A DNA stretch of 64,000 nt from Eledone cirrhosa (GCA_964016885.1 OZ024750.1:39184001-39248000); one strand, 5' to 3'; counted from the stretch's first letter, positions 13,051 through 27,686 are shown. Program-made: numbers and translations. The notes: generated by a model not told the origin, from the sequence alone.

Positions 13051-13177
13051 ATAATGATACATGACATAGCCTGAGATGTTAAATGGTTAAGATTTAATCA
13101 AGGTAGTCCTACCTTGATTAAATCTTAACCATAAAATTTAATTGATCAAAAGAACATCTATTTTATTAATATTTGTA

Positions 13178-13215
<38 letters not shown>

Positions 13216-13817
13216 CATACCATGTGAGAGAAAGAAGAAAGTCTGAATGAATGTGTTTGTTGGAGAGTACGTAAATAGGGAGGAGGAGGGTGATATGTGA
13301 GAGAGGGGGAGGAGTAAGTCTGAATGGTTGTGTTTGTATGTAAATAAGAGAGGGGGAGGAGAAAGTCTGAATGGTTGTGTTTCTGTGGGAGAATGTCTCT
13401 GAGTCATTCAGATTGAAAAGCTACAGAAATGTTTTCTTTCGTAAATTGTTTCAGATTCATTTATTCACGGACCAATGAATGGGTGAGGGTGTGTGTGTGT
13501 GGGGGGGGGGGGGTACTGTTTGGTTGCTCGGTAAGCTAGACATAGCAGCCAAACCACCTTGAAATCACATCTTGCCATCTTTATAAAAGAAAAAAGACAT
13601 TGGATAATATAGTTGTAGATAAACTGTGTGAAGGAAGGATTTGATAGGATAGTCACCTCTGGAACACTTTAATCATAGTAAAGGTGTATATAACATCATC
13701 ACCATCACGAAAGGCTTAGTGGTTAGGCTTTTGGCGAAAGGTTCACCCCTTTTAGGTGCTAACCGTTCTGGGGCTTGGCGAATCGGAATTTCCCTTTCTC
13801 GCCTGTCGCCCTTAATA

Positions 13818-13929
<112 letters not shown>

Positions 13930-13999
13930 GTGTGTTTAGTGCAGGAATTTAGTGTTAAAATGTTTGAAATGATTATTCCAACATTGAATGGACCTCATC

Positions 14000-14040
<41 letters not shown>

Positions 14041-14041
<1 letters not shown>

Positions 14042-14075
14042 CTCTGAAGAAGAGATATTATCTCGAAAATTAAGG
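14041..14075 (+). ncRNA. Minimal hammerhead ribozyme directly after (TA)n
   Basis: CCT CTGAAGA a GAGATA t TATCTC GAAA AT TA AGG. Confidence 0.6.
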
Positions 14076-14277
14076 TAAAAGACGAATTGTCAACAATATC
14101 TTTTGCATTTGCATTCCTTATTCTATGTCCATACCTGCATTGTTTTGGCTTTATTATACATATTCAAACGTTTATACCTCATTACACAATGCTTCAAGTG
14201 AACTATAACCTCCTCCATATATATATATATATATATAATATATTAATAAATGGAAGCTATATTTATAAAGCCATATT

Positions 14278-14343
14278 TATTTTATTATATATATTTCAAG
14301 GCCAACCAAGGGAAATTATGGTGCGCTTTCATCAGATAAAATA
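14278..14343 (-). ncRNA. Hammerhead ribozyme, family A
   Basis: TATTTTAT CTGATGA AAGcGCACCA..TGGTTGgcCTT GAAA TATATA TA ATAAAATA, with a perfect 8-bp stem I. Confidence 0.78.
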
Positions 14344-14441
14344 CAGATTTGTTTTATAAATAAATATTGACATACCCGGAAAAAAAGACAACCTTAACGG
14401 TTGGAGCTTCCTGGATAGTGGAGATAATTAAATATAACCTC

Positions 14442-14489
<48 letters not shown>

Positions 14490-14532
14490 CTTGGCCGCAG
14501 CCAAAACTTCGATTTTACTAAGCTTCCACTTG

Positions 14533-14574
<42 letters not shown>

Positions 14575-15354
14575 TACTATATATGTGTGTATATGTATAC
14601 GTGTATGTGTTATCATTTTTATCTTTGATTGCACTGTCCGTTTCTCTCTCACCATCTCTCTCTCGTGGACTAAGAAAAGTTTGTCTTATTGCTCTTCATG
14701 TCAGCTTCTTGTAGTTGTATTTTGTTGTCTGTGTGTATGTATGTGTGTGTGTGTGTATGTATGTATGTGTATGTGTGTGTGTATGTATGTATGTATGTAT
14801 GTTTGTGTGTTTGTATTTTGACTGGTTTTTTCCAGCTCTTTGTATCGTTATGAAAGAAACCAGCCGTGTTCAGACCTGGAGAAGGATAAGTTCATCATAT
14901 TTTAACAGGTGTCCAAGACACTTGTATGTCACAGTACGGCGCCTCTACGACTCCATCAGTCATAACAGCTCCATGTACACAACATATACACTCGCACACG
15001 GGTGTATATATGTTTATTGATTAAATGTTGCTTTAGTGGTGTTCGATTTAGAGAAATGTCTAATTAGGAAGAAGTGATATCAGACAAAGACCGACTCTTA
15101 TCTCTCCACCCACCTTCGTTGATTAAAAGCCAATAAATGCGACCTTAAGAAATTACCGTGTGGGAGTGGGGAGAGGGCAACAGTTGCAATGTGACTCATT
15201 GATAAATTTAACTGCAAGTATCAATGTTGTTTGGTAAAATACTTAAATCACTTCAATATAAATGAATGTTGTTTTAGATAGTTGAATGAGTGAATTTTCT
15301 CTCCAAAACAATTTTTGTTCCATCTAATCTATCTATCTTTATATATATATATAT

Positions 15355-15400
15355 CTGAGGAACTTGTTGCATGCAGAGGAAACCCTAGTAACAGGTCACA
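15355..15400 (+). ncRNA. Possible hammerhead core, 5' stem I replaced by (TA)n
   Basis: CTGAGGA acttgttgcatgcagag GAAA CCctagtaacaGG TC. Confidence 0.4.
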
Positions 15401-15429
15401 GGATCAACCTTAAACTCTCAGTCTCTCTC

Positions 15430-15481
<52 letters not shown>

Positions 15482-15510
15482 TGTAATAAACAACATAAGA
15501 TAATTATTTC

Positions 15511-15562
15511 ATTTACCAGTGGTTTCTTGAAGACAGATGTGTCTGTCTTCAGTCGTCAGAAT
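15511..15562 (-). ncRNA. Hammerhead ribozyme within inverted repeat 15476-15619
   Basis: ATT CTGACGA cTGAAGACAGA caca TCTGTCTTCAa GAAA CCAcTGG TA AAT. Confidence 0.7.
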
Positions 15563-15733
15563 CGTCAAGAAACCACTGGTAAATGAAATAATTATCTTAT
15601 GTTGTTTATTACATAACTAATAAGCTCTGTAGCCTACATAGAGCACTCTTTTTTCCTGTACCTTTATAACGGAAATACTTCACACACACATCGAAAACGA
15701 AGGATCAGTGATGCATCGGAACACAATATATTA

Positions 15734-15824
15734 CGTATTACAATTGTTTCTCAGGCCAACAGGTCGAGGTGCGATCTGTTTGTGGATCGAACCTGACTCT
15801 GGATTCGCAAGTTCCTCAGCTACG
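15734..15824 (-). ncRNA. Hammerhead ribozyme with a long stem II
   Basis: CGTAg CTGAGGA ...62 nt including CGATC/GATCG... GAAA CAATTG TA aTACG, with palindromic stem III. Confidence 0.55.
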
Positions 15825-15910
15825 TCTAGTGATTTCGAAGCAAATCCTCATTCTGCCGATAGAGTGCTCAACCGGCATACCGCCTATGGACGCATCCAAG
15901 CAGCCTTACT

Positions 15911-15982
<72 letters not shown>

Positions 15983-16045
15983 AAAGCGTGAACCTAATAA
16001 ACTCATATTTGTACTGTCTCTCTGTTTTTGTTCCCGTCTAAGATT

Positions 16046-16081
<36 letters not shown>

Positions 16082-16149
16082 CTTCCAACAGCAATGGTTG
16101 CATTCTTTAAGGGTATGTCAATATTTATTTATAAAACTGCTCTATATTA

Positions 16150-16214
16150 TATTTTATCTGATGAAAGCACACCATAATTTAACTTGGTGTCCTTGAAATA
16201 TGTATAATGAAATA
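16150..16214 (+). ncRNA. Hammerhead ribozyme, family A
   Basis: TATTTTAT CTGATGA AAGcACACCA..TGGTGTcCTT GAAA TATGTA TA ATGAAATA. Confidence 0.8.
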
Positions 16215-16253
16215 AATATGGTTTTATAAATATAGTTTCCATTTGTTAATATC

Positions 16254-16289
<36 letters not shown>

Positions 16290-16297
<8 letters not shown>

Positions 16298-16535
16298 GAA
16301 AATGTCTGTATGCCGACGATGCATTTCCACAGTTCCCCTCCGATTTTGTTCAAATTTGATACATAGTATATTTAGCTCCCGGATCATGTCAATCTCAAGT
16401 TTAAATCTCTTCCTCCCCTAAAATAGCAGAGTTCTGGGGCCATTTAAAGACGGCCATATTGAGGAGAGAGAGGGGGGTCTTTATTTGCAGTGGTGAAAGG
16501 AAGGTGTGCCCGGCAACGAAGGGCTCTTTTGCTAG
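16290..16535 (+). mobile_element. Non-autonomous Helitron-like element
   Basis: Starts in TA with ataaacgaaaatgtctgt. Ends with GC-rich hairpin gcccggcaacgaagggc followed by CTAG|T. Confidence 0.5.
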
Positions 16536-17477
16536 TGTCTTAATTATTTTATGTGAAGGTAGCTTGGCTGAATTGAAAGTCTTGTATTTCTGCCATTCTT
16601 AAATACTAATGGCGACGGCGAGTTATGTAAATTGTTGACATACAGGGCCATATGCATGTAAGGTCTCCCCCCCCCCCCCCCTCCGTAACTCCTGGGAGAG
16701 TCGTAGGGGCGCTATATTGACATACGGGTTTTTTTAAGGGTATATTTTAAAACCTGACGGAGCCCATCTCCTCCCTGGACCCAAGTACAGAAGATTTCTT
16801 CCAGAGAAGAATAGTGAGAAAGAGATACAGAGGAAGAATCGACCCAGTATTAAACTGGTATTTTTCATCAACCTTGAATGGATGAAAAGTAAAGTTAACC
16901 TGCCATACTGGAGCATATTGGCTATAATTATCTTGGTCAGTCTCTCACTCTGTTTTTTTTTCTTTTCTTTTCTTCTTTTAGTGTTTTCAGTCATTAGACT
17001 GCAGCCATGCTGGGGCATTGCCTTTGGTGAATCTAGTCTTATCATATCGATACCAGTACATTTTTTTTTTCAAGTTTATCGATCTCTAAGTTTTGAGTAT
17101 TCGTTACTCGAGACACCCTTCCTGAACCGAGACGTATTATGTTCGCAAAAATTGTTCGTGATGAGAGGCGTTCGAGAACCGAGGTTATATATATATGTGT
17201 AGGTAACACGGTAAAACGTTCCCAGTTCCACACTGTAAATGTGGTTGGTGTTAGGAAGGGCATCCAGCCGTAGAAAATCTGCCAGATAGTCCTATATGAG
17301 CGACCAACCTTGTCTCAAGTGGGACAACTCCCGTCTAACCCATGCTAGCGTGGAAAGTGGACGTTAAACGATGATGATATATATATATAGTAATAATGAT
17401 AAATTTAAAGACTAAAATCCAAAGAGGGCTCGATAAGGATAAATATATATCAAATATATAAGAACCGTAGAGCAAAT

Positions 17478-17630
17478 ATTTATTAAAATAACAGATTAAA
17501 GTTTAAGCAAAGAATCGCTGCTTTCACCCTTAACGGGATCTTCTGAAACTCAGGAGACTTTCAGAAAATCCCGTTAAGGGTGAAAGCAGCGATTCTTTGC
17601 CTAAACTTTAATCTGTTATTTTAATAAATA
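17478..17630. repeat. Fold-back island between (TA)n tracts with a decayed hammerhead-like core
   Basis: Arms of about 70 bp. Minus strand reads CAGAAGA tcccgttaagggt GAAA. Confidence 0.8.
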
Positions 17631-17747
17631 TATATATATATATAACTTTGATAGGTTTTGGTCAGTATTGGCCCAGCCGATGTCTAACTTAATAGCACCA
17701 CCTGGTTATATATATATATATATTTATATATAATATATCATTTCATC

Positions 17748-18007
17748 ATTCATTTCATTTTACGTCCGCTTTTCCCTGCTTGCAAGGGTGGGACGGGAAC
17801 TGATTCTGGCTTGATTTCTACAGCTGGATGCCCTTCCTAACACCAACCTCATTTACAGTGAGTGCTGGGTGCTTTTTTGCCATGGCACCTCCACGACCAC
17901 TTTGCAGTGGAATGATAGGGACCCTAGTCCCTATCATCTCATTTCTACAGCTGAGTAAACTGGAGCAATGTGAAATAAAGTGTCTTGCTCAAGGAAACAA
18001 CACATCA
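17748..18007 (-). mobile_element. CORE-type SINE, 5'-truncated
   Basis: Reverse complement of the body and tail of the 28840-29175 copy. Confidence 0.88.
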
Positions 18008-18070
18008 CATATATATATATATATAACCGGGTCACAAACACCTATATATATAAGGATTATTATAGAAATG

Positions 18071-18118
18071 GCCTCTACAGGACTAGAACTGTTTCCTTTG
18101 AAGGAAATCATCAGGGCT
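18071..18118 (-). ncRNA. Hammerhead-like core within inverted repeat 18060-18176
   Basis: CTGATGA tttccttcaaag GAAA CAG ttctagtc CTG TA GAGG. A decayed relative lies on the + strand at about 19010-19052. Confidence 0.5.
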
Positions 18119-18287
18119 TTCTTGATGATTTCCTTCGAATTTGACAGTTCTAGTCCCATAGAAGCCATTTCTATATTAAATCTTATATATACTCTATGTA
18201 CCGAGTACCTTACTGTACTTACTCCCGACTGAACCCGGGACTATCTCTCTATATATAATCTCTCTCCCCCCCCCCCCCCCCCCCCCC

Positions 18288-18330
<43 letters not shown>

Positions 18331-18378
18331 GTCTCTCTCTCTCCCCCCCCCCCCCTCTCTCTATATATATATATAATG

Positions 18379-18434
<56 letters not shown>

Positions 18435-18435
18435 G

Positions 18436-18659
<224 letters not shown>

Positions 18660-19166
18660 CGTCTGCTTTAAAGTAGAGAACACCTGGGGCTGCCCACACA
18701 ATTCTCATGTGTTCACCTCCTCCTCCACTCACACTTGAGTGAAGCTGACAGTGACACTGAAAAACTAGATAATGTCTGTGTTAACAGCAGCTGCTATTTT
18801 TGTTCTAACATAGACTGGACTAGTTTCCTTATAGAATGACACTCTTGAAAAGCTAGCATTCATTTTAACGTGAACTTATATACCTTAGTTATTTATAGAT
18901 CCGTTTTATATTACTTAGATCGATTCTCATTGAAAAAAATTCTTGTAAGAGAAAGAAGTGGCATGAATGTAATTAGAACCAGTTTATATGTAATACACAC
19001 ACACACATCCTGATAATTTCTTATGAATGAAACAGTTCTAGTCCTGTAGAATTAATTTCTCTCTATATATAATAAAGCCACATATACTCTACCAATGTGT
19101 TGAGTACCCTTTTTTAAACTGGTTGCCCCCGACACAGCTCGGGAATCTACTATATATATATATATA

Positions 19167-19360
19167 ACGAAAGAAATGTGGTAAGGAACCAGGTGGACCA
19201 TAACGCACCAAAGTACTCAATACTTAGGGTAGTAGAGTGGGTAATAGGAACCAGTAAGACCCCGACGGCTGAGCTCAAGCCGTTTCAACGGCTAATTTTA
19301 GTCCAGAATTAGCCGTCGAAACGGCTTGAGCTCAGCCGTCGGGGTCTTACTGGTTCCTAT
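19167..19360 (-). mobile_element. Family B fold-back element (also 23149-23261, about 32111-32190 and 53900-54092)
   Basis: Shared aaatgtggtaaggaaccag...taggaac tail plus terminal hairpin. Contains the hammerhead half GAAACGGCT..AGCCGTC. Copies abut (TA)n. Confidence 0.75.
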
Positions 19361-19420
19361 ATATATATATATATATATACAATATTAAATAAATGGAAAC
19401 TATATTTATAAAACCATATT

Positions 19421-19482
19421 TATTCTATTAAATATATTTCAAGGGTACCAAAAACTTTGGTACGCTTTCATCAGATAAAATA
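19421..19482 (-). ncRNA. Hammerhead ribozyme, family A
   Basis: Same core and stems as 12175-12236. Confidence 0.78.
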
Positions 19483-19510
19483 CAAAGTGTATTTTATAAA
19501 TTTTGACATG

Positions 19511-19572
19511 TATTTTATCTGAAGAAAGCGTACCAAAGTTTTTGGTACCCTTGAAATATATATAATAGAATA
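19511..19572 (+). ncRNA. Hammerhead ribozyme, family A (CTGAAGA variant)
   Basis: TATTTTAT CTGAAGA AAGcGTACCA..TGGTACcCTT GAAA TATATA TA ATAGAATA. Confidence 0.82.
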
Positions 19573-21599
19573 AATATAGTTTCCATTTATTTAATATCAT
19601 TGAATATTTACTCCAGAAATCTGTCGAGTGCTCTGAATCAGTTATAAACATTTATATTTGTTGAATTTCCAACAAATTAAATATCCCTTCTACTTATATA
19701 TATATATATAGGTTTTATTGGTCCAGTAGATAAATCTCTTTTCATTGTGGTTTTTCGCGTATTTTCGTGGCAAAAACTGCTGCTTAATAATAACACACAT
19801 AGAAAATAAGAAGGTTCTTGGTGGAAAGCTTTCCTCTTAAACCCTTCCATGTTGTTCTGTATACTAGAACCGTTGTGGATGGTCACGGGTGAGTTGGTAT
19901 TAGCTGACCAAGATGGTAGAAGGACAAATCTCCTAAACATTGGTCCTATTTTTCACCTCTTACCGCAAATCCACTGGAATTTCTTTGTCTTCTACAAACT
20001 TTTATAGTTTTTGTTTTGGGACATGTTATTGGCCTGTCCGTTCCGACTCTTTGCGTTCTGAGTTCAAATCCCACCGAGGTCAGCTTTGCCTTTCATCCCT
20101 ACGGGGTCGATAAAATAAAGTACCAGTAGTGTACTAGGGTCGATTTAATCGACTTTCCCCTGCCCTCAAATTACTGGCCTTGTGCCTATACTAGAAATCA
20201 TTATTATTATTAATAGTAGTAGTAGTACTAGTAGTGGTGGTGGTGGTGCTGGTCAGCTCTGATTGAGCAGAACTAGTAAAAAATATTTCAGTCGTGACCA
20301 ACCCGTCTTTTCCTTTTGTTATCTCTTTTGAAATAGTACGGTTTGATTTAAATGAGATTTGGCTGTTATTTTTAGCAGGTCAAACGACTGTAAACGTTCT
20401 CTTGTGCTAACAGTTAGTAGTCATAGCAACAGTAGTTGTAGTAGCAGTAATAGGTGGTGGTGTTTTATAAGTTAACAATCCAGGTAGGTTATACAAGACT
20501 TTTATGTAGTTCTGTCACCATTCTAAATTCAAATGACTCCATCGCTTTTATTGCACCATGCTGTCCTGAATGAACTCAACTTTCAAACCAGGCACACGAC
20601 GTCTGCCATTAAGCAGGTGCTATAACAGAAACTCCCCTTCGTCTCTCTCTTTTATTCAACTAGGCTAGTTTCAGTTTTTCTTTCATATAAATGTATCAGT
20701 CATGGGCGACTTTCAGGCGGAGTTGTTTGAGCGTCGGACGAGATATCTTGCAGTATTTATTCTGCCTCTCTGTGTTCTTAGTTTAAATCCCAATGTACCA
20801 GTCCTGGCCTAATGGTTAGGGTGTTGGACTCACATTCGTGAGGTCGTAAGTTCGATTCCTGAGTTATTGAGCAAGAGACTCAACCTCGTAGGAGGTCAGT
20901 TAAATTTAATTTCAAGCTGTCTAGACATAAACTACAGTTGAAGTGCCACCAAACTCGGTTTTGTTTCTTAATGCATCTTTTAAAATATGTTGATGAAATT
21001 TTAAAAAAGAGAAAAAGTGATGTTTTTCCCTCCCCCAAAATTGCTGGCCTTGTGCCTATATAAGAAACCATTATTGTATAATTCCGCCCTAATTGTATAA
21101 TAAGGTCGGTGAATTGGCAGTATCGGTAGAGGGTCGGACATGCTTTCCAGCATAGTTATGTCCCTTTACGATCTGAGTTCAAATCCCACCGAGGTTAACT
21201 TTGCCTTTCATCCATACGGGGGTCGATAAAATAAAGTACCAGTAATGTACTGGGTAATTACTGGCCTTGTGCCAAAAGTAGAAACATTTATTGTATAATT
21301 CCTTTAGTTAATGTTTTTATTTACTGGATATTTTCGATGTTATTAGAGTTGACCACATACCCTGAAATATGTTCAGCAGGCCTTCCAATTTCATAGATTT
21401 TCTACACTGTCATTTCTATAATTATATATCTTAAGTACAGTCATTTGGTACCCGGTAAGGGTAATTAGACTCATACCAAGGTAGAGATGACCCTCTTCTG
21501 AGTATCGAGCAACACTTGGTATCGATACCTCCCAGATGGATATCAATTCGAGAAGTGACAGTTAAACTTGAGCGGGTGGTTGGTCCACTCCTTCTTGAG

Positions 21600-21960
21600 C
21601 CTTGATTTAAAGATGTTGACAGAGGGTGCGTCAACTGTTTCTTGTTTGAGGTTGTTCCAGTGGTTGATCACAGGTGCTGAAGTGGTTCCTAGGACTTTAG
21701 TTGGTGTTGCACCTGGAGCTTCCGGTTGTATCCTCGGTTAGTCCTGCTGAGTACCTACATTGCCGCAGAAGGAACACCTAGTGTACTGTATTTTATCGAA
21801 CTCATTTAGTGTTTTAAAAGCTTGTATGATGTCTGCCCTCTGCCTCCTATACTCCAGGGCTGGGAGTCGCAAAACCTGAAGACGTTCATTGTAGGGTAGT
21901 GAAGAGAGCCCCTGGACGAGGAGGCGTGTTGCTCTTATGTCCTTGTCTCTCTTTAACGTG
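21600..21960 (-). mobile_element. CR1/L2-group LINE 3' fragment
   Basis: RATRLLVQGLSSLPYNERLQVLRLPALEYRRQRADIIQAFKTL matches the typical CR1 ORF2 C-terminus. Confidence 0.75.
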
Positions 21961-22532
21961 GATGTCCATATAAGGAAGACATACTCAAATATAAATAGCA
22001 AAATAATTGTTTCTACTTTAGGCACAAGGCCAGCAATTTGAAGGGGGGGGGGGCAAATCGATTAAATCGACCCCAGTACGTTACTGGTACTTTATTTTAT
22101 CGACCCCGTAAATATGAAAAGCAAAGCTAACCTCAGCGGCATTTGAACTCAGAGCGTAAAGGGCCATAACTATATGCCTCAATACATGTTGTCCGACAAT
22201 CTACTGATACTGCCTGATGATAATAATAATAATAATAATAATAAATAAAATATTTATTTATTACCTTGATTGGAGTGGTGTTCCGTCGGTTTCGACTAAG
22301 AATGTTCCATCAATGGAACAGCCTGATCATGAAATTAACGTGAATGTGGCTGAGCAGTCCACAGACACGTATGTCCTTAATGTAATTCTCAGGAAGATTC
22401 AGCATGACAATGTGTGACAAGACTGGCAACAGTTCTCAGGGAGATTCAGCATGACACTGTGTGACAAGACTGGCCTTTTGAATTACAGCTACAACTTATT
22501 TTTCGCATCCAAAGGGACTGGAACATGTCGCC

Positions 22533-22611
<79 letters not shown>

Positions 22612-23045
22612 ACACACACCACACACACACATATATATATATATATATACATCCACACCATATAGTGTTGTAGTGCACCTGATCACTACACAATAATTTC
22701 ATTATTATTATTATTATTATTATCGTGGATTGGCAGAATCGGTAGAGGGTCGGACGCCATGCTTTGACGCATAGAGTTACGGCCCTTGCCATTCTCAGTT
22801 CAAATCGCGCCAAGGTTGACTTTGCCTTTCATCCTTACGGAGTCGATAAAATAAAGTACCAGTAATGCACTGGGTAATTGCTGGCCTTGTGCCAACAGTA
22901 GAAACAATTATCGTATATACACACACACCCATATATATATATATACACACGGCACATCAGTTACACACACAGACACACCATATATATATGCAGACGGCAC
23001 ATCAGTCAATTACACTCACCATATATACACACACACTATATATAT

Positions 23046-23154
<109 letters not shown>

Positions 23155-23325
23155 GTGGTAAGGAACCAGGTGGACCATAACGCACCAAAGTACTCAATAC
23201 TTAGGGTAGTAGAGTGGGTAATAGGAACCAGTAAGACCCCAGGGGGTCTTACTGGTTCCTATATATATATACACACACACACATGGCACATCAGTCATAT
23301 ACACTCACCATATACACACACACAC

Positions 23326-23358
<33 letters not shown>

Positions 23359-23396
23359 GGCACATCAGTCAATTACACTCACCATATATACACACA

Positions 23397-23450
<54 letters not shown>

Positions 23451-23787
23451 GGCACATCAGTCATATACACTCACCATATATACACACACACTATATATAT
23501 ATATATATATATATACACACGGCACATCAGTCATATACACTCACCATATATACACACACACTATATATATATATATATATATATACACACGGCACATCAG
23601 TCATATACACTCACCATATACCCAATATATAGTTGGAGACGAGAGACAACTCTCATTGTACTAGTCTTCTACAAAAATAACTTGGTTTTGTATTTCATTC
23701 ACAAGAAGCCGTAAGATAAATATTGACCGCTTCCGGTTAAGTTGGAGTTTATTTCTGTTTGAAGCCCTTTCATGTAAATGTGCAGTA

Positions 23788-26700
23788 TTAACCCTTTACC
23801 ATTTACATTACTCTATATATACTATTGTATTGTCACAGTAAAGACTTTACCTCACATAATATCTCATACCATTTACATTACTCTATATATACTATTGTAT
23901 TGTCACAGTAAAGACTTTACCTCACATAATATCTCATAACATTTACATTACTCTATATATACTATTGTATTGTCACAGTAAAGACTTTACCTCACATAAT
24001 ATCTCATACCATTTACATTACTCTATATATACTATTGTATTGTCACAGTAAAGACTTTACCTCACATAATATCTCATAACATTTACATTACTCTATATAT
24101 ACTATTGTATTGTCACAGTAAAGACTTTACCTCACATAATATCTCATAACATTTACATTACTCTATATATACTATTGTATTGTCACAGTAAAGACTTTAC
24201 CTCACATAATATCTCATAACATTTACATTACTCTATATATACTATTGTATTGTCACAGTAAAGACTTTACCTCACATAATATCTCATAACATTTACATTA
24301 CTCTATATATACTATTGTATTGTCACAGTAAAGACTTTACCTCACATAATATCTCATAACATTTACATTACTCTATATATACTATTGTATTGTCACAGTA
24401 AAGACTTTACCTCACATAATATCTCATAACATTTACATTACTCTATATATACTATTGTATTGTCACAGTAAAGACTTTACCTCACATAATATCTCATAAC
24501 ATTTACATTACTCTATATATACTATTGTATTTTCATGGTAAAGACTTTACCTCACATAATATCTCATAACATTTACATTACTCTATATATACTATTGTAT
24601 TTTCATGGTAAAGACTTTACCTCACATAATATCTCATAACATTTACATTACTCTATATATACTATTGTATTTTCATGGTAAAGACTTTACCTCACATAAT
24701 ATCTCACATGACATTTATATTACTCTATATATACTATTGTATTTTCACAGTAAAGGCTTTACCTCACATAATATCTCATAACATTTACATTACTCTATAT
24801 ATACTATTGTATTTTCATGGTAAAGACTTTACCTCACATAATATCTCACATGACATTTATATTACTCTATATATACTATTGTATTTTCACAGTAAAGGCT
24901 TTACCTCACATAATATCTCATAACATTTACATTACTCTATATATACTATTGTATTTTCATGGTAAAGACTTTACCTCACATAATATCTCATAACATTTAC
25001 ATTACTCTATATATACTATTGTATTTTCATGGTAAAGACTTTACCTCACATAATATCTCACATGACATTTATATTACTCTATATATACTATTGTATTTTC
25101 ACAGTAAAGGCTTTACCTCACATAATATCTCATAACATTTACATTACTCTATATATACTATTGTATTTTCATGGTAAAGACTTTACCTCACATAATATCT
25201 CACATGACATTTATATTACTCTATATATACTATTGTATTTTCACAGTAAAGGCTTTACCTCACATAATATCTCATAACATTTACATTACTCTATATATAC
25301 TATTGTATTTTCATGGTAAAGACTTTACCTCACATAATATCTCATAACATTTACATTACTCTATATATACTATTGTATTTTCATGGTAAAGACTTTACCT
25401 CACATAATATCTCATAACATTTACATTACTCTATATATACTATTGTATTTTCATGGTAAAGACTTTACCTCACATAATATCTCACATGACATTTATATTA
25501 CTCTATATATACTATTGTATTTTCACAGTAAAGGCTTTACCTCACATAATATCTCATAACATTTACATTACTCTATATATACTATTGTATTTTCATGGTA
25601 AAGACTTTACCTCACATAATATCTCACATGACATTTATATTACTCTATATATACTATTGTATTTTCACAGTAAAGGCTTTACCTCACATAATATCTCATA
25701 ACATTTACATTACTCTATATATACTATTGTATTTTCATGGTAAAGACTTTACCTCACATAATATCTCATAACATTTACATTACTCTATATATACTATTGT
25801 ATTTTCATGGTAAAGACTTTACCTCACATAATATCTCACATGACATTTATATTACTCTATATATACTATTGTATTTTCACAGTAAAGGCTTTACCTCACA
25901 TAATATCTCATAACATTTACATTACTCTATATATACTATTGTATTTTCATGGTAAAGACTTTACCTCACATAATATCTCACATGACATTTATATTACTCT
26001 ATATATACTATTGTATTTTCACAGTAAAGGCTTTACCTCACATAATATCTCATAACATTTACATTACTCTATATATACTATTGTATTTTCATGGTAAAGA
26101 CTTTACCTCACATAATATCTCATAACATTTACATTACTCTATATATACTATTGTATTTTCATGGTAAAGACTTTACCTCACATAATATCTCATAACATTT
26201 ACATTACTCTATATATACTATTGTATTTTCATGGTAAAGACTTTACCTCACATAATATCTCACATGACATTTATATTACTCTATATATACTATTGTATTT
26301 TCACAGTAAAGGCTTTACCTCACATAATATCTCATAACATTTACATTACTCTATATATACTATTGTATTGTCACAGTAAAGACTTTACCTCACATAATAT
26401 CTCATAACATTTACATTACTCTATATATACTATTGTATTTTCATGGTAAAGACTTTACCTCACATAATATCTCATAACATTTACATTACTCTATATATAC
26501 TATTGTATTTTCATGGTAAAGACTTTACCTCACATAATATCTCATAACATTTACATTACTCTATATATACTATTGTATTTTCATGGTAAAGACTTTACCT
26601 CACATAATATCTCACATGACATTTATATTACTCTATATATACTATTGTATTTTCACAGTAAAGGCTTTACCTCACATAATATCTCATAACATTTACATTA

Positions 26701-27410
26701 CTCTATATATACTATTGTATTGTCACAGTAAAGGCTTTACCTCACATAATATCTCATAACATTTACATTACTCTATATATACTATTGTATTGTCACAGTA
26801 AAGGCTTTACCTCACATAATATCTCATAACATTTACATTACTCTATATATACTATTGTATTTTCATGGTAAAGACTTTACCTCACATAATATCTCATAAC
26901 ATTTACATTACTCTATATATACTATTGTATTTTCATGGTAAAGACTTTACCTCACATAATATCTCATAACATTTACATTACTCTATATATACTATTGTAT
27001 TTTCATGGTAAAGACTTTACCTCACATAATATCTCATAACATTTACATTACTCTATATATACTATTGTATTTTCATGGTAAAGACTTTACCTCACATAAT
27101 ATCTCATAACATTTACATTACTCTATATATACTATTGTATTTTCATGGTAAAGACTTTACCTCATATAATATCTCATAACATTTACATTTCTCTATATAT
27201 ACTATTGTATTTTCATGGTAAAGACTTTACCTCACATAATATCTCATAACATTTACATTACTCTATATATACTATTGTATTTTCATGGTAAAGACTTTAC
27301 CTTACATAATATCTCATAACATTTACATTACTCTATATATACTATTGTATTTTCATGGTAAAGGCTTTACCTCACATAATATCTCATAACATTTACATTA
27401 CTCTATATAT
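23788..27410. repeat. 70/72-bp satellite (about 50 copies) derived from the piggyBac-like MITE end
   Basis: Unit atttacattactctatatatactattgtattttcatggtaaagactttacctcacataatatctcataac. The array starts at TTAACCCTTT. Confidence 0.95.
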
Positions 27411-27515
27411 ATTGTTATATATATAAATATATATATTGTGTTGTTCACTTTCTAATTAAATAGCTCTGTTCTATACATAGAGCACTCTTTTTTCCTTTGC
27501 TTTTTCTTCGGAATT

Positions 27516-27580
<65 letters not shown>

Positions 27581-27620
27581 GATAGTAAACAAATGGAAAC
27601 TATATTTATAAAACCATATT

Positions 27621-27686
27621 TATTTCATTATACATATTTCAGGGATACCATATTAAAAATATGGCATGCCTTCGTCAGATAAAATA
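27621..27686 (-). ncRNA. Hammerhead ribozyme, family A (CTGACGA variant)
   Basis: TATTTTAT CTGACGA AGGcATGCCATA..TATGGTATcCCT GAAA TATGTA TA ATGAAATA. Confidence 0.8.

Noticed and set aside
14836-14935. Exon-like block after ttttccag
   Set aside because: No recognisable peptide or partner exons.
23788-27410. CRISPR-like regular array
   Set aside because: Head-to-tail units with no unique spacers, no cas genes and a eukaryotic context. The same applies to the 48-, 52- and 57-bp arrays.
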